A DNA stretch of 64,000 nt from Camelus ferus (lineage: Eukaryota), in contig NC_045697.1 in NCBI RefSeq assembly GCF_009834535.1, positions 47,928,001 to 47,992,000 on the forward strand, read 5' to 3'. Below are positions 54,139-64,000 of the stretch, one piece after another (positions within the stretch are counted from its first letter, which is position 1; each line of letters opens with the position of its first letter). Position numbers and translations under genes: made by a program. A model generated the notes under the pieces. It was not told where the DNA came from. It saw only the letters and a program-made list of their open reading frames with translations, and searched no databases.

Positions 54139-55441
54139 ACAGTATGTTCCCACTCATGGATGGGGGCATTTTGAGAGTATGCGGGGAAGTTTTTTGTTTC
54201 TTTGTTTTAATTGAAATATAGTTGATTTACAATGTTGTGTTAGTTTTTGATATACAGCATGGTGATTCAGTTATACATATATATTCTTTTTCATTGTAAG
54301 CTGTTACAAGTTAGTGAATATAGTTCCCTGTGCTGTACAGTAGGATCTTGTTGTTTATCTACTCTGTGTGTAATGTTTGTATCTGTTAATTAGGGGAGGT
54401 TTTTGGGTATCATAATCACACTAGTAGGAGTGGGAAGTGATACTTGGGATTAGTGGGCAGGGGCTGGGGATGCTAGATGATCTAGAATTCTCAGGAAAGT
54501 TCTGCACATAAAAGGATGAATGCTTATGCATTCTCCTTGGTTTTCAGATGTCTCTCTAGACATATACATGTGTAAAAAACTCATATATATGATCTGAACC
54601 TAGACATCAACTCCATTTCACTCAAAGCATAAATGTTTTTTGTTCCATGGTTTTAATATAAATTTTCTAGGAAAGCAGCTGTTATGTAAATATAGGCAAG
54701 AATGTACTTTGTTTTGTTTGGAATTTTACCAAAAGTAGTTCACCATCTTGGTAGAACCATGTGATTCATGCTGGTGTCATTCCTATGACAAATCAACACA
54801 TTTGTTTATCAGTCTGTTTTTGTAGCCGTGACATTCAAGTTAAAGCTACAGGAGAAAGACAAGTATTGTAATTATTTCACTTCTATGTGAAATATAAAAA
54901 ACAAACAAAACCAAAATAAGTGAACAAACCCAACCAAACACAAACACATCAATACAGAAGATAGAGTAGTGGTTACCAGAGGGGAAGTTGGGGGAGGGAG
55001 GGGTAGGCAAAATGAGTTTTAAAAAGAATCAACTGTGTGATGACAGATGGAAACTAAATTTTTGGTGGTGAGTATGCTGTGGTGTATACAGAAGTAGAAA
55101 CATAATGTTGTGCACATGAAACTTATATAGTGTTATAAACCAATGTTCCCTAAGTAAAAAATAAAAAGAGAAGACTACTCAAAGGTCCAAACATCTAACT
55201 TCTTCACTCTGCCTTCTAATGAAGTCATGCCTGAGCATTTCATATATTATTTCATTATAAATTGCTTTGCTTTTAATTTTCCTACATATTATAGCTAAAG
55301 TATTGTATTATTTTTTTTAATAAATTGCTTATGTATATACAATATATTATCTGTGCATCTCAACTCAGGATAATAAAGCAAGTATTACAAAATGTTTGCT
55401 ATGAAAAGGGAGTGTTGGGTCTGATGCGGCTGAGAGCCATG
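54139..55441. mobile_element. hAT-Charlie element (MER20B-like) carrying two L1 3'-end insertions (~54195-54390 minus; ~54852-55168 plus)
   Basis: Ends GTTGGGTCTGATGCGGCTGAGAGCCATG; first insert flanked by GGGGAAGTTTTT / GGGGAGGTTTTT. Confidence 0.6.
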
Positions 55442-55899
55442 CTCTAGAATTGTATTTAATGTCATGAAAATACATTAACAATGTAAGGTCAAGTGAAAAA
55501 AAAGTAAATTCAAAGCTCTACGTATGGATTGGTTCCATTTTTATAAAGAATCAAACAAAAAACTAAAATTTATAAGAATTTGCACTCCTCTCCCCATAAT
55601 GCCTTATGGGATCACAGTAACCCAATTGCAGAGGCCTCCTCTTATGCGCTATATAGTTTTGTAGCATTTTGGTCAAATAATTTGCTGTATTTCAATTAGA
55701 GAATTATAGAAGTGTATTGATTTCCCAGGAATCAGATAGAAAATGAAATATGGATTCTAAATTTAAGCCAAGTCATTTAACTTTCATAAGTCTATTTTTT
55801 TAGGTGAAAACCCTTAAGATATATGATCAATAACATAAGATTTCCAGCTTTCTGGTTCTATGATTCTAAAGCAAAACTTTGCTGATTATATAGGTGAAG

Positions 55900-56186
55900 G
55901 TAGTGTTTCCCCAACTATTCTCTACTTGGGGGCATTTATGGGTGTTAAGCAAATAGAATTCTGTGGTTAATATGTCTGAGAAAACACTGGCTAAATGGAG
56001 TAAAACATGTTTCTTTAGGTAAGACTTTTCAATTTTCTTGTTAAGCTTAAGAATATTGTGAATTTTCAAGAGAAGTGCAGGATGCAGCATTTCCTGTACA
56101 TATTTGACCACAGAATCTCCCCTCTCCCTATACCCTGAGAATCTCATGGAAGTGGTGTTCAGCACAGAGGGTGCTGGGACACACTA
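55900..56186. mobile_element. Old hAT-Charlie-derived MITE
   Basis: AGTGTTTCCCCAAC start; ATGCAGCATTTCC...TATTTGACCACAGAA. Confidence 0.45.
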
Positions 56187-57249
56187 AGATGGTGTATATT
56201 TTAGTATATTTTAGAAAAGTTTTTATTTTCCAGAGACTGAATCTCTGTGGTTAGTTTTCAGGCATTACAACAAGCATTAGAGAAAATAGTTTTTGTGTAA
56301 TGATTCTCTTAAATCATGTTATATATTGGAATCAGAACTTTTAAGTTCAGGTTGCTAGAAGGAAGGAACTGAAAAGGTTAACAAAAGAACACAAATTGTA
56401 ATGTGTGATGAGCATGAGTCATTTTAGAGCTAAAGGGTGAAATAGAGGCTCTCTTCACATCGAAAGATTGATCTGTTTCAAAAAAAAAATCTGTCCAAAA
56501 ACACCAGGTTTGGTTAGCCTACTCAATTAAAATAAGTCTAAAAGTTATTTAGAAAAAAAGTTAAGTAGAAGAAACGTAATATTATACGTGGAAAATAAAT
56601 AGGAAGAAATTAGATGATTTGAAATATTAGAAATAGTGTGCTTTCTTGGTTATTTTTGAGGATTAGGCCACCAATATAAACAAGCTAAATTAAAAAGTGG
56701 AGTATAATTCTAGAAAGAACACAAATAACAAGATTATCCCTGTTGCAGAAAAGAGCATAATTTCTTTAACTAGTGATTATCTTAAAGGTCAGCTGGTGGA
56801 AGTTCACTGAATTTGATTTGTGTAGGTGTATCAGCAGTTGGTATTAGTTAAAAAAAAACCCTAAGGGTTGACATTTAAAGAGTTATTTTAGATTATATAA
56901 ATTTCAAATTTCAAAATGTAAATTATTTAATGAGTGGATTATCTGTTGAAAATTTTTAACAGCTAGTTTATTTGCCCTGCCATACATGTGTTTCTGGGCC
57001 ACAGTTTCCTGCACATGATGGTTTATGGAAACTAATCTTTTTTTTCCTTTTATTATGACTGTATTATTCTTTTTGATCAGTTTGTTTTGGTTTCATTTGC
57101 AAGGATTGTCAGCTATCTCTAAATTGCCTCTTTGTCTTCTCTCCTGTGTATCTATTATGTCTTTGATTAATCTGCCTTTTTAACTTACTTTTTAAATGCA
57201 AACTAATCTTAATAACATCATGAAAGTAAGTCTACCATCAAAATAAAAA

Positions 57250-57750
57250 AACAAAACAGTCAGATAATGGATTCTAAAACCAATTTAAGGCTTAACTAAC
57301 ATATAAGGTCCTTAAGGGCAAAATCAATAGGGAAATCTGTATTTTACCAAATAGTTATTAAGTATCTACAGGCAACAAGTCATTGATCTAGATTTCTGGG
57401 GGAGAAAGCTGTTATCACTCTAATCCAGGGTCCAAATTTATCATCAATTTTTGTGAGTCAACCAGATAGTATGTGTCTTCCTATGGGAGGCAACATGACA
57501 CACACAATGTACCTGTGATATAGTCTAGCCAAAAATACTTAATTTCATTCCATTCAAGTTTTGGATGTAACATCCAGGTTACAGAAAGCACAGGGGATAG
57601 TGGAACAAAACAAATGATAACACAAGGAAGCATGAGGCAAACCGGGAAGTGTGACATTCTCCAGAACAACTGTCCTGGTTCCTTCAGCAAGTCAGGGGCA
57701 GAAGAACAGGACAGAGCTAGATGAAGACAGACTTAACCATATTAACTGGA
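57250..57750 (+). mobile_element. Old L1MC/ME-like 3'UTR fragment
   Basis: GACATTCTCCAGAACAACTGTCCTGGTTCCTTCAGCAAGTCA. Confidence 0.6.
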
Positions 57751-59168
57751 TGCAAAGGGCCGCTGGGTCTAAAGTGCAACTCCCCACTTTCTTTTTCACA
57801 TCAGATGGAGTAAACTGTGTCTCTAGCTCCAAAGTGTTAGTTGGACATCTGGGCAGAGCCTCCTCAGTGCCTCCCTCCGGGAGAACATGGCCTGCCATCT
57901 CTCTCTGTTCCACCTGTCGCTGCCTGTCCACCATTCTCCTTCTTGCTGATCCAGCTTCTCACGTACCGTAGGCTAAGTCAGCCAACCAGCCATTTTCATT
58001 TCTGTGGGAAAGAATCCCTGAAGTTGGCCTCAGCCCAATAGTGTAGCTAGTTCAACAGTCTCTTTAGCACAGTATGGGACATATTTTTAGAGACTATGTG
58101 ATAAATGTCCTTTATTGACAGGGAAAAATTCCAGCAAAATGTACTTGGTTTTTGAAAGAAATATAAAAAAGCTTCAAATAGCATATTTAGAGAACATGAA
58201 GTACCAATTCCCCCGAGTACTTTCAGAAAATTATGGTACTATGCATGTTTTCAGAGTAACGTGCCAGATAGTGAAATCTTGATGAAATGTACACTGTCTT
58301 TCTACCTGTTTGTTTTTTGAGGCATTTCTACTTCTCTGTTGAATGTGCCGATATTTTAACTTAAAAGTATGCAATAAGAATAAAAGCAAAAAGAAATCCA
58401 AAGGTTGAACATCTTTATTCTTTTGGAAATTTGGAATTTCATGGAAATTTCTCATCTGAAAAATCATCCCTGTAGCAACTGACTATAACTTTATTAACAG
58501 ATTCACATTTCAGTGTGAGGCCTGGGTTGATGTCATATAGTCTTTCTTTGATTTCAATCCCTAGCTCTTGCTTGCTGCACAGAACTGCAGGTTGCCCTGA
58601 AAAACAAGAACAAGGAAAACAGAAAAGCATTTCCTTTCTCAATCCTTTTAGCAAGAGAACACGGTGACATCGGTATTTTGGTAAAGCAGTTATGTGAGTC
58701 AACCCAAGCATGAGCATGTAATCTTCTTCCATCCACCAAGAGTTGGTCAGGTAAAAATATTAATTTAATTTATCAGACAACTGTAAGTCCAGTGCTATTA
58801 AAGGAAGGAAAGAAGAAAAAAGTAAGGTAGGGGGGTAGGTTGGTTCTAGGGAACTGCTTAGGTTGTGCTGTCAGAAAACAAGGCATTTTGGCTGATAATA
58901 AAGAAGTTCATTTCAGGAAAAGAGCCAGAAGAAATATTTCTTTTAACCATTTACTTGTCTTCTTATAATAGCATAATTAGAAGACATAATATATAGATTT
59001 TTTGTTATTCTTATTTCTCATAATATTTTCACTTCGTTATCTTCAAGTTGTTTAGGGTATATAATGTCTTGTTTTTATTCCCGTTTTTGACAGACATGGA
59101 AGCTGCAAAATGAAAAGCTGGGCAAATTACCAAAGGTAGCAAAACTATTAATGACAGAATAGGAAATA

Positions 59169-59265
59169 GTGGGTGGGTATAGCTCAGTGGTAGAATGCAT
59201 GCTTAGCATGCACGAGGTCCTGGATTCAAACCCCAGTACCTCCATTAAAAAAAGAAAAAGAAAAA
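59169..59265 (+). mobile_element. tRNA-derived SINE (camelid Vic-1-like)
   Basis: GGGTATAGCTCAGTGGTAGAATGCATGCTTAGCATGCACGAGGTCCTGGATTCAAACCCCAGTACCTCC + A tail. Confidence 0.88.
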
Positions 59266-62200
59266 GAATTGAAAGTAGAACACATCACTCCTGCCTTCCA
59301 ATCCAGTGCAAAAAAGATATGTGTATTTCCACAATTTTTCAGGCTATGGTTACCTGGAGATTATTTGTGAAGAGATCTCTTGAATTGAACACATGCTTTA
59401 AGCATTTTCTACTTGTGGTTGTATCTTTTAATTATGCCAGTGTGTTTTGTTATTGTGATTTTTTTTTTTCACTTAGGTAGAATCTGATGGAAGAGAGCAC
59501 AGTAGCAGCTCCTTGAAAATATCTTTGAAAAATTCACAATACTAATATGTCAGCACAAGCTTGTATACTATATTTATTAACTTAGTTAAGAAACATTGTC
59601 TACTACTTTCAAGCTTAACATTTACTATTTTGTTTTCTATTTTTTTTTATTTCTACTAACATTTACTATTCATGCCAACCCTGCAAACATGTATTATATT
59701 TATATTTCAGATGAAATTGAGCAACTTGCCTGGGATCATATATAGTAAGTGGCAGAGCCAGAATTTGTACCCAGATTGGTCTTACTCCAAAAGCCATAGG
59801 ATCTCTATGATATCAAGTTTACATGTCAGAGTCCCTTCTTGCAAAGTGCTGTGGGTGTTCAGATAGGGAGTAAGATATATCTGGTTGGGGGAGAGGGATG
59901 GATGCAGAAGATTTAATGAAAGAAGCATTAGAGCTCAGTGCTTGAAAAATGTGATTGTTTGATCATGTAAAATGAAAGGTTGAGAAGTGTAAGCCAAGAA
60001 CAATGTAAACAAAGGTATAGAGAGGGAAAGTCAGAGCATATTAAGGGAGCAAGTCTGTATGGATGAAACCTAGAGTGAGTGAAGGAGAAATGTGCTAAGT
60101 TTGGAAAGGTGTTTGAGGTTATAAAGGACCTTTAACAAAAGGCAATGAGGAGTCTTTACTGACTACCAGTGGCTTACAAATGTAGGTATGAATGTAAAAC
60201 ACACAGTCCTAAAATGTCAATGGTATCTGGGTTAGGAGAATGGCCCTCTTAAGAGGTTTTTTTTAAAAAAAAATTTATAAGCAATAATGGAATCCTTCTA
60301 CTTGACAACATCGAATTTAAATATAGTGTTTGGGATACCAGAAAACAAAAACAAGAAACAATTGCTACTGAGAGAGAGAGAAAGAGATGGGGTGGTCGGG
60401 GGTGTGGGGGGGGGAGACAAAGATATTATTCGTTTGTAAAAACATACCATGAAAATTTTATCGAAAGTATCTTGCTTTAATTTAAACATAAATCTGCTTT
60501 GCAACTTAAAACTTTTAGTTATGAAACTCAATACAATGCTTTAACTCTATTTCTTTGGACTCATCAGGTATTCAGTGTTGAGGTGATGGATTGTATATAT
60601 GCTGCACTTATACTGAAGATCCCCAGGAGTTTATTTCTGCTGTGGTTAACTGAAACAGTTTTCCAGTTTCCCTTTCAGCTAGTTGTGTCCTGTCATTAAG
60701 TTTTGGCCAATGAATTCTAAACAAATTTTTTTTTGGTGGGTCTTCTGGAATAGTGCTTAGGAGTGGGAATAATTTTTGCTCTAGCAGGAAAATGGATAGG
60801 ATAGTTGAGATCCCAGTGACTGTAATATCTGTGATAACCTCTTTGATGCCTTTGAACAGACTAGAAAGAAGCACTCATCCTTGCAGGTGAATTAGAAACA
60901 GTTCCTCTTCTGGGTAGATGCCGTACCTCACAGTATTGAGACATCACTGGCTTCTTGGTTGGGCACCTTTGCAGTAAACAAAATGCACAACCATGTGAGA
61001 TGGCCCTGGCAGCCATATTGGTTTATGAGGCAGGAAAGAGATGCATGATCTAAAGATAGCAAAGCCAAAGACAGAAGGAGACAGGTCCTGCTGACCATGG
61101 ATGTGCCATATCAGTCCTGAACTGACAATTTCCAGAGCTGTTTTTTGTAAGATAAAAATACAATTTATTTCATCTGTGACTGTTATTTCTGATTTCTTTT
61201 ATCAGCAGCTAATTGCTAGTAAATTAAGACACATGGCGTGATTTGAGAAGTGCTACCATTAATTAATGAATTAAATAAATGTTCCTTGAGCATCATGTGT
61301 CAGACACTCTGTTATGTGCTAAGGATAAAGGCAGAGTTCACAGTCTAGGATGTGAACAACAGATGTGCACTTACATAGATAATTGCAGTATACTGTGATA
61401 TGGTTGTTCAGTTTGCATATTGCATAAAAACATCTGGCCAAGAGGTGAGTGGGGGCTGTGCTTTGACAGACTGCATTCATCCAGAGGGGGAAGTTCTCTA
61501 GTTCATCTCCACAAATGAGACGCCTTTTAAAAAAAAGATTATAATTCCACTGACAATAATGCCTTATTGTCATTTAGTTTAGTGATTTTCAAATTTATTT
61601 TAGCAGCAGTTAGCCTTCTTTGAAACAACTTTCATGCAGAAATACAATGTATTAATTCAGATGTTTTGGTTATAGAGGTCTAACTCAAATTAGTTTAGAT
61701 GTCAAATCTACTAGTTAATTTAACCACACTTATTATAATATCAGTGGGCCCAGTGTGCTAAGTAAAGACATACTAGGGCTTTTAGAGAAGGCTTTATAAA
61801 GGAAGTGATGCCTGAGCTAAATCATGAAAGATGATTCCAAGAGACGGACAAAATAGGAAAAGAGCATACTATGCTGGGGAAACAGCATGTGTAAAGATAT
61901 GTAGGGGAGCATGTCCTGTCTCAGAAATGGCAATAGTTCATTAAATGCCAGAGGTGAACGAAAGAGAGGCTAATGTTTAAGTGGCTGCAGGTCATCATGG
62001 TAAGTGAGAGGCATATGATTAAGGGACAGACATGCTTGGGAAACTAGGTTTTAGTTTATAAATTATGGTAAGTCATTGAAAGATTTTAAAAAGCGGAGTA
62101 ATATGAATAGAGTATGTTTCAGGAGGATGTTGGGATTGTACTTAGTAGGGGTACATTAATAGACAAAATGCAAAAAAGCTCAGGCAAGAGGTGACAGGGT

Positions 62201-62607
62201 AACTTAAGACATTAGTAGTTCATTGGGATGGAGTCAATAGAGTGATGAAAACATTAAGTAGGCCAAACTGATCATAGGGAGGATGGGAGAGAAAAGTTAA
62301 GGATGATTCCTAGGATTCTGAGTTGGGTGAACCTTCATACGATTACATGACCATCAGCATGGTGGTACCATTTTTAATGGGAGAGAGTCACACAAGGCCA
62401 GGAATAGATTTTGGAGGAAAGACAAATGAACTTGATTTTAGACATACTGATCTTGAAATATGTGCAGACTGTCCAAGTGGAGATACCCAGGAAGAAATTG
62501 ACAATATCTTCCCATTAAGCAGTGTCTGAAACTGCCATTGTTATAATTTATTCTTGTAAGTTAAGGTTATATCTCTAAGTAATTGCCTCTTAAAAATACC
62601 ACTGGGA

Positions 62608-63426
62608 TGGCCAACAAGTGCATGAAAAGAAGCTCAGCATCACTAACTGTTAGAGAAATGCAAATCAAAACTACAATGAGATATCACCTCACACCAGTCA
62701 GAGTGGCCATCATTCAAAAGTCCACAAACAATAAACGCTGGAGAGGGTGTGGAGGAAAAGGAACCCTCCTACACTGTTGGTGGGAATGTGAATTGGTGCA
62801 GCCACTATGGAGGACAGTATGGAGGTTCCTGAAAAAACTAAAAATAGACTTACCATATGATCCATCAATCCCACTCCTGGGCATATATCAAGAGGAAGAT
62901 ATAATCTCAAAAGACACATGCATCCCATTGTTCACAGCAGCACTATTTACAATAGCTAAAACATAAAAACAACCTAAATGTCCAGTGACAGATAAAGAAG
63001 ATGTGGTATATATATACAATGGAATACTACTTAGCCATAAAACAGAATAAAATAATGCCATTTGCAGCAACATGGATGGACCTGGAGATTGTCATTCTAA
63101 GTGAAGTAAGTCAGTAGGAGAAAGAAAAATACCATACAATATCACTTACATGTGGAATCTAAAAAAAGACAAATGAACTTATTTACAAAACAGAAACAGA
63201 CTCACAGACATAGAAAGCAAACTTATGGTTACCAGGGAGAGAAAAGGATAGGAAGGGATAAATTGGGAGTTCAAGATTTGCACCTCTTAGAGAGTGATGG
63301 AAATGTTAGTTATGTTGACTGTGGTGGTGGTTTCATGGGTATATACAATTATCAAAATTCATCAAATTGTACATCTGAAATATGTGTAGTTTACTGTACA
63401 GGAATCATACCACAATAAAGGTGTTA
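62608..63426 (+). mobile_element. 5'-truncated L1 insertion with chimeric 3' end
   Basis: ORF2 C-terminus ([17 protein letters not shown]); perfect 16-bp TSD AAAAATACCACTGGGA at 62592-62607 and 63427-63442; TT/AAAA site. Confidence 0.92.
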
Positions 63427-64000
63427 AAAAATACCACTGGGAAGAATTAAACAGATGACAGGGTACTGTAATGAGAGAACAACTGAACTAGGCATCTATA
63501 AATCAGTCCAACACTGACTTTGCCATCGACTGCCTGGGTGATATTCAGCAAGTCACTTTGCTTCAGGTTCCTCATGTGGAAAATGAGGAAGTAAGACCAG
63601 GTGATCTTCAACATCTGGGAGTTGACCACAATTCAAATAGTAATATTAACTTACTGTAGTTCAGTTCAGTGGTTTTCAAACTTATTTAGCAGCAGTTAGG
63701 CTTCTTTGAAAGACCCTTCATGCAGAAACACAACGTATTAGGATGTTTTGGTTGCAGAGTTCTAACTCAAGTTACCTTAGACATAGAAGAGAATTTACTA
63801 GTTAATTTAAGCATATTTTGTGAAAAGGTGCAGCTGGACTTCATGGATGACTGGAACCTGAGACTAGTGCACCACCAGGACTTACTCTCTACACTTCCTG
63901 TGTGATGGATTCATTCCACACAAGGCAGTATGCAGCCACTGGCCACTCTCAAGACTTCCATCTTTCTTTCTCATCTCAGACTACTGCTATGGTGGACAAG

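Noticed and set aside
1..64000. A previously undescribed multi-gene or RNA-guided system
   Set aside because: The window is explained by MRPL1 exons/introns, known mammalian repeat classes and AT-rich intergenic DNA; no intact novel ORF, array or structured RNA could be supported

Overview
Mammalian genomic DNA, most likely a camelid (camel/alpaca), judged from the tRNA-derived SINEs and the L1 type. The only protein-coding gene I can support is the 5' part of MRPL1 (mitochondrial ribosomal protein uL1m) on the minus strand. Its coding exons 1-6 (31281 down to 2078) all have GT-AG boundaries and join into one open frame of 223 codons plus 1 nt; the rest of the gene lies left of the window. 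A small CpG-island promoter at ~31.15-31.56 kb carries an ETS/GABPA site and an exact TISU/YY1 motif over the start codon. Intron 2 holds a full-length but inactivated ~7.1 kb LINE-1 (antisense to the gene, 14-bp TSD) inserted into an older L1 remnant. Everything right of ~31.6 kb is intergenic and filled with old repeats (MIR, L2, L1M, MLT, hAT and Tigger MITEs). Almost all ORF-track entries are L1 fragments or chance ORFs. I did not find a new biological system. The most unusual items are retrotransposition and repair footprints: a chimeric L1 inside one perfect 16-bp TSD, two micro-insertions with TSDs, a templated-insertion scar in the L1 RT region, and an old local duplication. Repeat subfamily names are from recognition by eye and need RepeatMasker/Dfam confirmation.
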